Shown here: one piece after another, positions 27,540 to 40,315 of the stretch
How positions within the stretch are numbered: position 1 is the stretch's first letter
How the letters are laid out: each line of letters opens with the position of its first letter
Assembly (NCBI GenBank): GCA_013239625.1
Contig: MU055522.1
Span: 310,001-374,000 of the forward strand
Direction: 5' to 3'
Origin: Lama guanicoe
Lineage: Eukaryota
Length of the DNA stretch: 64,000 bases
Translations under genes and position numbers: made by a program
Notes under the pieces: model-generated
What the model saw: the letters and a program-made list of their open reading frames with translations, nothing else
The model's database searches: none
What the model was told of the DNA's origin: nothing

Positions 27540-27960
27540 GATGGCATTTTACAAAGACGCCATGCCAGTACATCCCATGGAACACGCTCTTCTCTGGAAG
27601 AGATGTTAACACTTCTCCACTGAGACATGAGGTCTCTGCCCCTTTCCCTTGGAACTGAGAGGGCTTGTTGTGATAATAGGGTTTGCTGCAGACCCGATAA
27701 AATAGCAGCCCATGAAGGAGCTCTGACACAGAGAAAAGAGCCCACATTAGGTGGAAATAGCTGGACCCTTACACTGTGCACCTGCTAGTATACGTTGCGC
27801 TGTTATTGGCTGAAGGCTTCCCTGAGATGCGTGTGATCCGACTGGAAAGCTGAGGAGAGCCCCGGTAAAGAAGCGAACAGCTGCCGATGATCAGTTACCC
27901 ACACTCCTCACAGCTGGACAGGAAGTCATTTCTGCAAGGAAGGTAGGAGTTTATGCCACG
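27540..27960 (-). mobile_element. ERVL LTR16-like fragment
   Basis: gctgttattggctgaaggcttccc...gatcagttacccacactcctcacagctgg. Confidence 0.5.
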
Positions 27961-29811
27961 CTCGCTTCTTTGGGCTGCTCTGATCTACTTTACAGTTTGG
28001 GGACCAACTCTTTCAAGTCCATAATGGTCTTTCTTCCTACTAAGGGAATGAGGTTTGCAAGAGGAAGGTAAAGGGACAAACTACAGCCCCTCCTACCACG
28101 TTTCCTCTTCGGGACACCGAAGCTGCTCATTGTTTCTCTCCTCCACCCCAGATGTGAGCTGAAGATGAGACCCTAGTGCAGCACAGTGGGAGAAGTGGAG
28201 GTCTCGGCTGTCACCTCACGCATCTTGTCTGTACCCTCTGGTCTTGCTTAATCCTGGATGCGCCATTTCTATCTGGTGAGGAATCACTGTTGTGCCCACT
28301 TACCACGGCTACCTGCAGGACCAGACAGGACCCAGCTCAGGTAGGCGGTTGGATGCATGGTCTCTTGGAATCCGTGGTTAAGTGTTTAGTTTCTACCAAG
28401 TCACAGTAGCATGCTTTTCCTCAAAAGGCGTGTGATTTTCTGCTGTAGGTTACATGGCTTTGCTCCAGAAAACCAGTGTCCACATTGTGGTCCTCCCCCT
28501 CACAGTTGTCACAGATTCCACACTGCTTCTTTTTTAACCATAGAAACATCCATCGCCATGGTGTTTTCAGATTGTACGACCCAAGGAGCAGGCCATAAAA
28601 CTTGTGTTTTCATTCTGGGCCCTTTTCAAGAAGGCAGCCTTGCTTTTCACTTGGTATATTATCTGGAACGGTACTCCTAGGTATTGACTGAATTGTGCCT
28701 AGGACCCTAGGAGCAGTGACAGATATCATTCACACTTCTTTGTACAATGGAATGAAACGTGCAGTGATTTATCTTTACCTTCAGAAGCAATATTGGAGCA
28801 TGCTCCTGCCCATGGGCTTGCTAAAAACTTTAGGACTTCTTTCTTAGCAAGGTCTCCACCACACAAGCCGCTCACGTTCATCCTGCCTGAGCAGGATGCT
28901 ATCACCCACGCCTGATGTTCTAAACGCACGTCCAGATGGTCCAGATATTTTCAGACTACATTGTGACAAAGGACAGAGTTAATATAGCATTGAGACATTA
29001 CAGTTAATGTGCATTATTTTCCATTCCACGTGAATGAGAACTATTTCAGATCCTCTTTCTTCAGATCCTCTTGCAAAAGAAAAGAAAATATTGGCCAAAT
29101 CAAGGACCCTTTGGATGAGGTTGTGTTATTCCATTCTCCGGGATCCGTCTAGACTGCAAGAACCAGACTGGCAAGTTATAGGAAGATATGATAGACATCA
29201 TCACCCTTGCCTCATTCAGATCTTTAATGAGGGACCTAATGTTCACTATTCTCATAGAATGTAATCCTGTTTTTAATTATCTATCATGGCCAGGAAGGGA
29301 GCATGCAGTTTTGTTGGCTTCTTAGAGCCTCAGTTAGAATTAGAAATGAGAAATTAATAATACAGTAATATATCATTTTTCACAGATAAAAAAATTAGTA
29401 ACCAACCAAGCAAGAAGAAAGTGAACAATCAGGTTGAGTCAGGGATTTTTCTCAATATATTGGAAAGATTAAGGATTTTGTTGAGTTATGGACATAAGCC
29501 AAAGGATGATTATGTTAGAGATCATGAAATATTTGACATCTATGGGGAGAAATGAAGACAAGAAGGAGCTAGATTTTTGGGGTAAATTTAGAACCATCAA
29601 GAGACTTGAGTTTTGAGTATGTTGAAGGGCTAGTAACTGAGAGACTTGGAAGGAAAAGAGTTTTTAGCCAGACATTGGGAAAATTCAGTTTAATATAGAG
29701 CATTTCCAGTCTAAAACTCGATGTGAACTCACTCAGAAATGCAATATAATTCCACTGTGAGAAGTTGAGTCATGGAAACTTGCACAGATAAAGGATCTTG
29801 AAAGAGTATGT

Positions 29812-29813
<2 letters not shown>

Positions 29814-29847
<34 letters not shown>

Positions 29848-29878
29848 AAGAGAGAGAGAAACAGACAGAGAAAGAGAG
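29814..29878. repeat. Compound (GT)12-(GA)n microsatellite
   Basis: Read directly. Confidence 0.95.
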
Positions 29879-30924
29879 GTGGAGTAGAAGGAGCAAGTTT
29901 TAGCTGTGTGCTGGGATGTAAAGGTGCTTGTTGGAGTGACAAGGGAGTGATGCTCTTGGGGCTTGAAGAGACATGTGTCTTCTCTGTATGGGGACAACCA
30001 TATACAAAGCCTCTAACCATGGCAGGGTCTCTCCCTCTGAAGAGCGGGGAGAGGGTCCATGTGGCTGCCCTTCACGGAAATGGTTCATGAGACCAGAAAT
30101 GTAGACTAAGCCACACTACATGGTGCTTAACGTATCAGACCAAGAAAGGTGGCTTTACATTGCTGTTGTGTCTCTGAAATAAAATCACTAGCATCCTGTG
30201 GTGGCCAGCAACTTGTCACTCTGTAGGCACTGGACGAGTCACGTATGAGTGAATGTCTTCAGACCCAACAGCCACGCTAGCCCAGGTGAGAGAGGATACA
30301 CGGCCCTGTTGAATAAAGAGCAGAGCATTTTCACTCCGCATGATAATGTAGATTTAAATAACGATTATGAGAAATAGCCAAAACTTGAGAACGTCGCCAT
30401 TAAGAAGCGAATTGCTTGTTTGTAAAACTGTATACACTATATTATTATTCATCGTTGACTCGCCGTTTAAGAAACAACAAGAGAAGTTTTTCTAGACCAG
30501 CAGTCAGTAGTTGATTTCATGATGACTTCACTTTTTCTATGTGGCAAATTGTATTCAAATTACAAACAGCGAGTCTAGAGAGGACATAGCCTGTAAATCC
30601 TAGATCTCATTTTTTTTACTGATTGAGAAGTAAACAGTATCTTTTTAAAGTATAATTACCCAACAATGTGAATGTCTTCAGGAAATGAGACATGTGAAAT
30701 TTATAAAAGTCTAAATTGGTCAAACCAGATGTGTAAAAATGTGCAGGTCACCAAATAAAAAATATGAACAGATTTTGTGACCAGTAGAGCATAATTCGAT
30801 TTGAATTTGATCTATTCTGGGATTCAAATTTAAGAAGGGAAGGAGAAATTCGAACTGCTGCATTTCACATACAGAGAAGGAAAAGAGAGAGAGAGACGTC
30901 AGCTCGTGTAATTTCTAATTTAAA

Positions 30925-31808
30925 AGCATCTCTTCCTTCTTTTTGTCCCCTCTAGTGTCAGGCAGTCATGTATTTCCTGGGTGTCTTAGTCTGTTCAGGC
31001 TGCTGAAGTGAAATAACATAGATCGATTAGCTTAAAAACAACAGACATTTATTTCTCACAGTTCTGGAGGCTGGAAGTCCAAGATCAGGGCTCCAGCTCC
31101 GACAGGTCAGGGCTCTCTTCCAAGTAGCCGACTTCACCCTGAGTCCTCACGTGGAGGGAGGGGCTATAGACAGTAGGGCCTCTTCTGTAAGCCCATGAAT
31201 CCCCCGCAGGAGGGCTCCACTCTCATAACTTGATCGCCTCCCACAGGCCCCCGCCTCCTACCATCATCACCTTTGGGGGTAGCATGTCAACATATGAATT
31301 TTGCAGGCACACAAACATTCAGATCGTAGGTAGCACTGAGCCCCCCTCCAGCTCCAAGGAACACAGATCAGTAAATCTCAGCCATCATGTCTCTCCCTCG
31401 CTGGTAATTAACCTAGGAAAGGGCTTGTGACCCTGTTCTGGTCAGTGGGCTATGAGGGGATTCTATTTGAGGTCTCCTGAAAAAGGACCCCACACACACT
31501 TTATACAAGGATCACATAGGAAGTTGGACCCCTCTCATCTGGTGATGGCTGAGCCGCAGATTCATCTTTACATGGTACAGCGACTGTCTTACTCTTTCTG
31601 ATTAACTCAGGGCCTTTCCAGCATGTGGGAGTGATGCAGCGAAGGAGCTCGTGCACTTGACGACATGGCTGGAGCTAAATTAACCCACCCTAGAGTCATC
31701 TCTGTCCAGATTTTCTTGTTATGTCAGGTAATAAAGCTTATCGTAACGGTAAGACCATTTCGCTCAGGTTTTCTGCAATTCGAGGCCAAAAGTGCCCACA
31801 TGGTTACT
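30925..31808 (+). mobile_element. MLT1J-like LTR, split by an MLT1A0-like insertion
   Basis: 3' part: gacgacatggctggagctaaattaacccaccctagag...ttcttgttatgtcaggtaataaag...ggttttctgcaattcgaggccaaaagtgcc; 5' part flanks the insertion. Confidence 0.7.
30982..31335 (-). mobile_element. Solo MLT1A0-like LTR
   Basis: tgtcttagtctgttcaggctgct...atttatttctcacagttctggaggctggaagtccaagatcagg...acaaacattcagatcgtaggtagca; TSD ctggg/ctgag. Confidence 0.9.
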
Positions 31809-32714
31809 GAATTAATAGAGCTTAAATTATGAGGGTATTTAGGAACTGACAACCTTCAATTTGGGACTGAAAGGGCTGGCAAAACAAGCAAGGGGGAAAA
31901 GTATGCGGAGCTGAGAGGAAGAGGCAGGCGTAACAAAGAATTAGCAGGGAAGTAAATAGCCGTGATGTCCCGCGTTGCTGTGTGAGCACTCTGGCGCTCA
32001 CTGGAAGGCTGGTGGAAGTGCCTGTTGAACACGGACGTGATCTTCTTGCTTCCTTCACAACCCGAGAGCACGCTCTGTGAGAGCACTCTCTGCAAAGCAA
32101 TCATGTTGTAATTTCAGATGCAATTTTAACACGTTCTTTCCTGAATAGCGTATGTGTGCATGTGAAGAGATCATGAAAGGAATAAATTGTATCCTTTAAG
32201 AAAGAATGATTCCTTTCTATCCATGAGCCATACATTTGATTGTTTTCATTAAAAAAAAAAAATTCCCAAGATAATTAATGGTGAACATTTCAAATGGGAC
32301 CATTCCTAGCTTCCATGTAGCGTGTGGACACAAGCAGTCCAGCTAAGTTTAGGATGAATATCTGGAGTTTTTCATAGAAAATAAATCAGGGAAAGATAGA
32401 ATATAATCAACCAGCAAGATGGGGAGATTTTCAGGTCAGACCAGAACTGCAAAATTAGTTTTGTCCTCCTTCCTTCTTTCCTTTGTTGCTCAAGACTTCA
32501 TCTTCTACTCCTCCCCGTGTCCTGGAGTCTCATGGGCTTCCCAGGGCCAATGCCCCCTTGCCTGCATCCAGGGACTCCCCAGGCTGTCTCACACCCTACT
32601 GCTTCAGTGTCTCCTGTGTCCTAAAGACTTTGGAACCCTGATGCCCACCCCAGGTGGCTCTCCTACCTAGAAATCATGCCTCTTAACATCATTCCCAGAG
32701 ATCATTGTTTGTCA

Positions 32715-33140
32715 TTAAAACACCTCAAAATCGTAATATGCAAAACTAACTTTTACTCCCCTACAATCTAGTCCTCATTTTGTAATTTTTTTTTAAACGC
32801 CTATCACCAGGTACTCATACCAAAAATGCAGGGCCTTCCTCTCCATCACCTCCCACATCAAATCAAAACCATCTACCAACGTCTAATTTAGCTATTTCCT
32901 TCTCCGCACCCCTCCAGCCTTTCTTGGTGCTCTTATCCTCTCTCACCTGGTTCACGACAAAATCCATTAACTGGTCTCCCTTCTTCCACTTCATTCTCCC
33001 TAACTCAGTATTTTGAACTATTCTTTCTTCCTAAAACATAATTTTGATTAAAACATTTTCCAGTGCCTCCTGTTGCATCTAAGATAGGACCCAAATCTTT
33101 ACCATCAGGATGTTCACACTCTGTGGTCCTTCCTGGCATA
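32715..33140 (+). mobile_element. L2 LINE fragment
   Basis: cacctcaaaatcgtaatatgcaaaac...tcctctctcacctgg...taactggtctccctt...ttccagtgcctcctgttgcatctaagataggacccaaatc. Confidence 0.75.
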
Positions 33141-33869
33141 TCTTCGTATTTTGCTTTTCTACCCGACTTGAAGAAAGCTCTGTGCTGGCTGATAGGAATG
33201 TAAGTGTCAGTGTCCTTTCCCCTTGACATAGCAATGCATACTAAACTCTCCAGAGACCCTCAGGCATGCCTCTCCCCTTCTTCCCTCTGATCCTTTGGAC
33301 ACATTGATCTGCTGTTCAGCTGCCTGAGAACATCTCAATCACACGAGATAAGCCACACATTTCCGTACCAACACTAAGCAGAGTGACAGTCTCCTTCACA
33401 GTATCTGCCCCTCATGCTCCAACCCATCAGTAATCTGAGGGGAATCCAACGGTGGTACTCCCCGGACACTTCACTTTCAACCATCTGTGACGCATCACTT
33501 AAAACAACTAATCACAAAATTTTGTTAATTTGATTTTGTTCCTTAAGCATCTAGATAATTCTTTGCCATACACCACTCACTCAATTTTTAATGAATAGCC
33601 TATGAGTCTCAAGAAGCTTCGATGACACATTTTTGGACTTGGTGGTATTTCATTATCTAAGACTATTTTATAACAGCTGTTGCGGGTCCTCTACACCCCA
33701 GGACCTGAGTTAGACACTGAAGAGGTAAAGACAGTGGTTGTTGTCTCTTAGTGTCTGTAACTGATGGAAGTTGCCCTAGGACAATCTGTCCTGAATACAT
33801 AGCATCCAGAGTATATTAGTCACATTTCTAGAATGATTTTGTATTTTGATTTCTTTGGATTTTTACCAT

Positions 33870-34030
33870 ATCACTGCAAGCAAAGCTAAGCAAATATTGT
33901 TATCATTCCTGTTTAATGGTTGAAGAAATCAAGATTCAGAGAGTTAAAACATTTTGCACAAAGCCACACAGCTAATAAATGGTAAACTCATATCCCAAAA
34001 ACACATACTCCATTTATGTCATATTCACTT
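33870..34030 (-). mobile_element. MIR SINE
   Basis: gaagaaatcaagattcagagagttaaaacattttgcacaaagccacacagctaataaatgg. Confidence 0.8.
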
Positions 34031-34221
34031 AGCACTGATAGGTTCAATTTAATAATCTCTACTACACTTCATAGTTTGCAGGCACATCCAAACATGAATA
34101 GTACTTTATATTTATAGAAAGAAGAAACCACTGAGTCATCGTCCTCAATTAAATTTTGTGAGCGTATTGAGATGCTTCAGTGAAAGGATATATTAGTGGT
34201 AGAGAATGGTGCAATTTAACT

Positions 34222-34579
34222 TAATCTCTCAGGAATCCGTCTTAGATTTTGTCCTTACAGAGATGGGTAAATTTGTGACCAGGCCACAAGAAGGCTAATT
34301 AATCCCAAATAATTTACCGAATTGTATGACCTGTACTAATCTCTATATGACCTAAATGTTAAGTGAAATTTACTCCACCTAACCCACTCAGCTGCTCACT
34401 CACTGCCTGCAGTATGGATCAAATGAAAACAGGAAGTGATTTCTTAATCCTTTCTTTAGAGACTGATCTTTCAAGACTTAGGGAGGTTGATCTCAAGGGA
34501 AGTATTGCTTTCTTTCTGGGATTATCTGTCTGTTACATTTAATGGGTCTCATTTCAGGAGCCATCAAGTCAATTAATCT
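34222..34579. promoter_or_regulatory. Candidate enhancer: K50 homeodomain (OTX/CRX-type) plus nuclear-receptor motif cluster
   Basis: Six TAATC(C/T) sites, two TGACCT half-sites, CAGCTG and ACAGGAAGTG in ~360 bp with no recognisable repeat. Confidence 0.4.
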
Positions 34580-36198
34580 CATTATTAAGGATCCCCTTAC
34601 AAGCTCATAAATATTAAAGTCACACATGTTAATTGATGGTCAAATGATGGATAGTTAGTCACAGTTTGAAACAACAAAACACCTGGAGTTGCCTCCTTAG
34701 AGGGTTTAATTTTGTTTCAGGGATTACAGAAGAAGAAAAAAAGCAAATACAATAATATGATAAGACAGTCAACCAGCGTTTCCTCGAAGTTCACATTTGA
34801 ATTTCCTTTACTTTTTGTTGAAGATTACTGGCAAGGAGAAGAGGTGAGGGATGACATGGTAACAAGGGAGAGGTAGAAAGACAATATGGCAGGGAAAAGA
34901 GATGGGCTTTGAGAGAAAATGTGATAAGGTCGGGTTGGGAGTAGCTGAAGTCAGGCAGCAAGAGCAGGAAGACTGGGAGGGAAAGACACATCACATAGAC
35001 TCGCCATTAACATTGACTTAGGCAGGGATATAAAGAGAAATCCACATTATACCATGTCTCTAGATACTTACAAGTGATAAATGAAGCCAAAACATTGTAA
35101 AAAAAAAAATAAACGTTCTATTCTCCTTCCTTGACAAATTCACTTTTGTAACAGTGAGACTGAAAAACACATGAAGCTAAGATGTCTGAATGTTATTACT
35201 TTTACTTATATCCAGGTGTTCTGTTTACAGGATATCTGTGTTTGAAGGAGAGAGAAAATGAAGATAGGCATATAATAAATTATGTGATATTTATTCAATA
35301 TGATTTATTTTATGTCTCTATTTCAGCAAAGTCAATAATGATACTGTTATCAAGATTTTTACTTAATTTGACAGAAATAAACTAAAGGACTAAAAAGTAA
35401 AACGTAATTATAACCAGAGTGCTCAGAATAATAATGTGCTTTCATAAAAATGAAAATTAAAATAAACACAAACATCAGAAGAGTAAAATAAGTATAAATT
35501 TCAAATTTGTATTCTAAAATATTCAAAATCATCTATAAGAGAAATAATTTGTTATCAATAAACATACAATCTTAATTACAATGAATTAAAGCTACATTTA
35601 AACATTTATCATTTTGAAGACAATTAGATTTTAATAAATGATTTAAGAAATAAAAGTATATTGTTCTCGTGCTCAATGGTTATTTGGCTGCCAAAGTTGT
35701 CAGAGTAAGGAATTGGTAGAAAGTTAATTGTGATATTAAGTTACATGAATCTCATAATTTTGCCAGTTGTTCAGGTTTTGTGTGCACCTGTTGTGGATAA
35801 TGAGCTAACCCATGAATTCCTATGGATCCGCAACTTGGAACAAGAATTCTCTTCCCAAACAATGGGCACTTGATACTACTAGGAGTAAATTAACTGTCCA
35901 CTATTATTATGCTATCTGAAATAAAGGATTTAACAATTAATTTGTCTTCTTATATAAGCACTTTCGCTGCTCAAACACTCCACAGAGTCGAAAACGTTGG
36001 CCATGTCTCATGTTGGCTGTAGCAGTTACAACACTTCACGCAGTACCTGTGTTGTTGACTTTCTCCAAGGACACAGGAAAGAGCTTTTGGGCATTTCCCT
36101 TGAACAGGTCTGCAGGTAGCACCTGAGTTCCAGAACCTGGAGATGGGCGTTGGTGCAATATCTGTACCCAGACACTGGTAATACGCATGGCTCTCCTA

Positions 36199-36345
36199 CA
36201 GCCCCGTTTCTCAAGGGTGGATGGGACAAAAATCACTTGGGAGCAAGCAAATGCTTCTACAGATTTTTGGGAAGGCTGGAGGAGACCCTGCACTTATAAC
36301 CAGCCTCCAGGTGATACCAGTGCTGCTGGGCGAAGAGCAAGGTGT
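36199..36345. mobile_element. MER5A-like hAT-Charlie MITE
   Basis: gtttctcaa...aatcacttgggagc...ctgcacttataaccagcctccaggtgataccagtgctgctgg. Confidence 0.65.
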
Positions 36346-36509
36346 AAAGTGGGTTCTCGGAGAGCAGGCGCTTTTCCCAGCTGAGCTGAGGACAACACTC
36401 ATGTCATGAGCTGAGAACAATCATTACAATTTCTGGTTTGGGGGTCTTTCCAATTTACTCAACTAAATTCTCAAACACACCAATATATTCTAAGGAAAAA
36501 TAAGTAAGT

Positions 36510-36680
36510 AAATATTTATATAGTTTCTTATAAGTGCTTTACATTAAATCTTCACTAAAGGTAAAGTAGCTACAGTGCTCTTGTTTTTCCTGACTTGCAG
36601 CTTAGACACTGTGACACAGAAAGGTTAAGAATTCTGCTCAAAGTCAAACCACCACTTGAACTTGACTAGTCTTCAGAATT
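36510..36680 (-). mobile_element. MIR SINE fragment
   Basis: aagtgctttacattaaatcttcac...gacactgtgacacagaaaggttaagaattctgctcaaagtca. Confidence 0.6.
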
Positions 36681-37657
36681 CAAGCCCTTCAGAATGAACC
36701 TAAGTCTCTCTCAACAAGAGAACGTATGCTATATTTCTCTTGAGAATTAGTACTTCTCAGGAAAAAATACATTGCAATGTACCAAAGTAGTAATACAATT
36801 CTTTCCATGCAGACAATAGGATTTTCTACCATTGAATGCACTTTTACATTGGCTACTAGGAATAGTTGGGTTGAAAATGATTAGAACCTAAGATTTTTTT
36901 TTTTTGTATTTTCCCTAGCAACAATATCTGAATTACCATTCCAGGGCCAATAAAATGGTTTTACAAATATGTGAATTATTCCTCAAAAGAGAAAAAGCTA
37001 ATCTTTAGGGAATTCATTATTAGTATGTTTTGTGATTGTTTATTTTAATTTAATTGGAGAAATAGATTGTTAAATTGTTTAAAACACATTTTGAGCTTGT
37101 ACTTAACCTTAAATGTCTTAAAATAAAAGTAAACAGGCATGTATATATAAATGGACATACATAAATTTGTGTACATTGTGACTCTAACCAACTAAATTTA
37201 TTGTAGGTTTTCTTTTCTTTTGATTTTTGTATTTTGCTTTCTTGTATTTAAAATGGCCACTAAGAACAATACTTTCATCAAAAAACAACAAAAGTATACA
37301 TATTGAATTGAAAGTCTTAAGCGCATGAATCTGTACAAGATGCCAGTAAATTTCCAGGTTAGTGACCTTCACAAGGCTAGATCAGTGGTCTTCTTTCTTT
37401 AAGGTTAGACTCCAGTTACATTAATTGAATAAGCTCATATATGTGTTATTTATTTAGTTTTCATTTCACAAGAAACAAGATTTACTAATCAGATATAATT
37501 ATAAATACAAGATAATCATGGCAAACACAATTTTGACTACTTTAACAATCTTAATCTAGATGATCTCTATGAATTCTCTAAAATCTGAGGGCTGTCTGTG
37601 GTGTTAATAAAATTTATTTTCTTTAATTTTTTAATGCAAAATTTCAAGTACTTAAGA

Positions 37658-37870
37658 CAGGGATGAGACAAACTACTTACTGGCCCACTGCCTGTTCTTG
37701 TAAATAAAGTTTTATTGAAACACAGCCATGTTAATTTATTTCTGCATTACCCATGACTGCTTTTGTGCTGCTAAGACAGAAATGAGTTCATGCAAAAGAG
37801 GCTGTGTGGTCGCCAAAGCCATAAATATTTACTATTTAGTCTTTTACAGAAAAAATATTGCTGACTACAA
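37658..37870 (+). mobile_element. MER58A hAT-Charlie MITE
   Basis: ggcccactgcctgttcttgtaaataaagttttattgaaacacagccatg...caaagccataaatatttactatttagtcttttacagaaaaa. Confidence 0.9.
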
Positions 37871-38029
37871 ATTTTTTTCAATTATTATTTAGATTTTTAA
37901 ATATTTCAAAGCTGCTGTGAAGACACAGACACACAAGTACGCTCAATATGTGTAAGAAAGTTAGGTATTAATCTCACCTATAAGTAACAGAATGTCACAT
38001 CCAAATCCACACATGATTAAAACAAATAA

Positions 38030-38280
38030 CTTTCACTTTTTCAACAAATATTTATTGAGGGAAGAATATGTGCCAAACACTTCGCAGTGATAAGTCATGA
38101 TTTAGAAATGAAAGGAAGGAAAGAGGGAAAGGGTGGGGGGGAGGGAAGGCTAAACCATCATGTTCCTGCCTCAAAAAATGTGTCTCCAGGAAGCAATGCA
38201 TGATAAGCAGATATTCCAGCTGAGATCTGAGTAATGAGAGGTCCTCAACCCTGAGAGAGAGCAAGTGTGACTGGCTGTCT
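38030..38280 (-). mobile_element. L2 3' end
   Basis: ttcaacaaatatttattgagggaagaatatgtgccaaacact. Confidence 0.7.
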
Positions 38281-39346
38281 TCACAGGGAGGGGCAGACAG
38301 TGTAAGATATGGCTGCAAACTATGCATTAGACATTATGTAGTTTATATATATTATATACATTAAGTTGGTTCTTTTGTTATGGACGTTTTTGTGTATATA
38401 TATATATATATATTTATTAAACATAGAAATACATATTTATTCCATTTGGTTGTAAATCTTAGTGCCTTATACCCCGTCCTTTAATGAAAGACTGAAGAAA
38501 GGAGTGTATACAAAAAACTTGGCATACTTAGAAGATGAGAATTAATGTTCAGAACATTTTTAAAACACTGAACACTATAAAGGAAGCATTCAATTAACAT
38601 CTGATTAATTCTTGACAAAATTAACATTAACCAATACATAATTGGGAACTGATTTGTGATTCTAAGTAACCTTGTTAGAATTTTGAAAGAAATGACATTT
38701 ATATGAAGTTGCAATTAAATTGACACTATTTTCCAAACTTAAAACCTAACCTCTAAAGGAACTGGGAAAGTAATGTAATTCTGGACAGTATATCTAGGCA
38801 TGACAGAATAAAGTGAATATATGGTATACTTGGTTTCAATGCCATATAAGCCCTTTTGTAGAAAAAAATGTGATTAGAAATTCACTGTATTTAGAAGTAA
38901 TGGTTCAAGAAGTGTCTTTGTTCTATTAAGAACTTAACGACAGGAAACATATTTATAGGAGGAAATATACCCAGTTCTGTTCTATGACTGGTGTCTGATC
39001 TGGGGACCTTAATGAGTGTTCCTTCATTGCCATGGTGACCTCTAGGGAGATCTAGGATGGGAGGTGTCTCAACATACACCCTCCAATCAAAGGCAGTTGG
39101 TGAACTGGAAGAAGATGCAGACAACAGTCCTGAAAGGTCTAAAGACAATGAATTGTGTGAAACGACTGTATGCGTATGATTGTTGAGATTTAAAAAAAAA
39201 TGAAAACAACTAGAAAGTATTCCACTCACAACCGCCTTCAAAAGTCCTGACCAAAGGACAAAATTAATCAGCTATTTTTGCAGTTGCCCAAGGCAGCTGG
39301 TCCTGATTCAGTCAGATGGCTTGCGATGCGACACATCTGGACAGCT

Positions 39347-39395
39347 TACACACGTACATGTGCACGCACGCACACACACGTGTGCACACACACAC
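39347..39395. repeat. 49-bp uninterrupted alternating purine-pyrimidine tract
   Basis: tacacacgtacatgtgcacgcacgcacacacacgtgtgcacacacacac. Confidence 0.9.
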
Positions 39396-39544
39396 CCATT
39401 TCAGAGGGTCCATTATAGGGAAAAGATCAGCACTCTCAAAGTCTCTAAAACTGTAATTATTGTTCCCAAATAAAACTGCTTGCCCATATATCCTCTTGTA
39501 CGCCAAAGAAGCATTTTAAAATTGGAATAAAAAATAATATAGCC

Positions 39545-39890
39545 ATTCGGTATTCCTCTCCTTGTCTCACAACCTGCATCTAATTCATGGCAGTTCTAGC
39601 TAGTCTACCTTCAAAGTACATCCATATTCCTAGCATTGCTCTCCATCTCTCTCATTAAAACTTTGATGGAAGCTGTCATCACCTCCCATCTTGTCTACTC
39701 CAGAACCCTCCCAGCTTTCCTGTTCCTCCTTTGTAATGCATTTGACTGTTTATCCAGGAGCCAGAGACCTTCTGGTAGCTTAAATCAGATACAGTCCTCC
39801 TTTGCTTATAACCTTCCAGTGGCTTCCAAATACAAGTAAAATAAAATTTAAATCATCTACTGACGCTGAAAAGGCTATGTGATGACAGGT
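39545..39890 (+). mobile_element. L2a fragment
   Basis: tctaccttcaaagtacatcc...agccagagacctt...aaatcagat...aaccttccagtggcttcc...aaataaaatttaaatc. Confidence 0.8.
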
Positions 39891-40001
39891 CATAGTAGAT
39901 TTTATATGTTGCTTACAAATAAAGGCAATCCTATTATGAAGGATTCTTCTGATTTCAACCCAAAGAGAGCAGTCTTGAAGTGACTTCCATACACTGATTC
40001 T

Positions 40002-40315
40002 TGTTTTTTCTTTAAAATTTTTCTTGCTGTATAGTTGATCTTGATGTATAGTTGATGTCGTGTTAGTTTCTGGTGTACAGCAAAGTGATTCTTTAATATA
40101 TTCTTTTTCATATTATTTTCCACTATGGTTTATCACAGGATTTTAAATATAGTTCTCTGTGCTATACACTAGGACCTTGTTGGTTATCAAATTTATATGT
40201 AGTAGTTTGTATCTGACCATCCTGAACTCCTAGTTCATCCCTCCTCTGTCCCCTTTCTCTTTTGGTAAAAGTAAATTTGTTTTAAACAGAAACAGACTCA
40301 CATATATAGAAACAA
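40002..40315 (-). mobile_element. Artiodactyl-type L1 3' UTR insertion with short 5' inversion
   Basis: Antisense tgttagtttctggtgtacagcaaagtgattc...gtgctatacactaggaccttgttg...tttgttt, then sense aaacagaaacagactcacatatatagaaacaa (~40284-40315). Confidence 0.85.

Noticed and set aside
29046-29073. Short tandem duplications (ttcagatcctctt x2; also cttatacaca x2 at ~18700)
   Set aside because: Ordinary slippage duplications with no spacers; not CRISPR-like
35400-35660. Very AT-rich tracts (also ~41000-41600, 51950-52700, 54850-55080) as S/MARs or origins
   Set aside because: Composition alone is non-diagnostic in an AT-rich isochore
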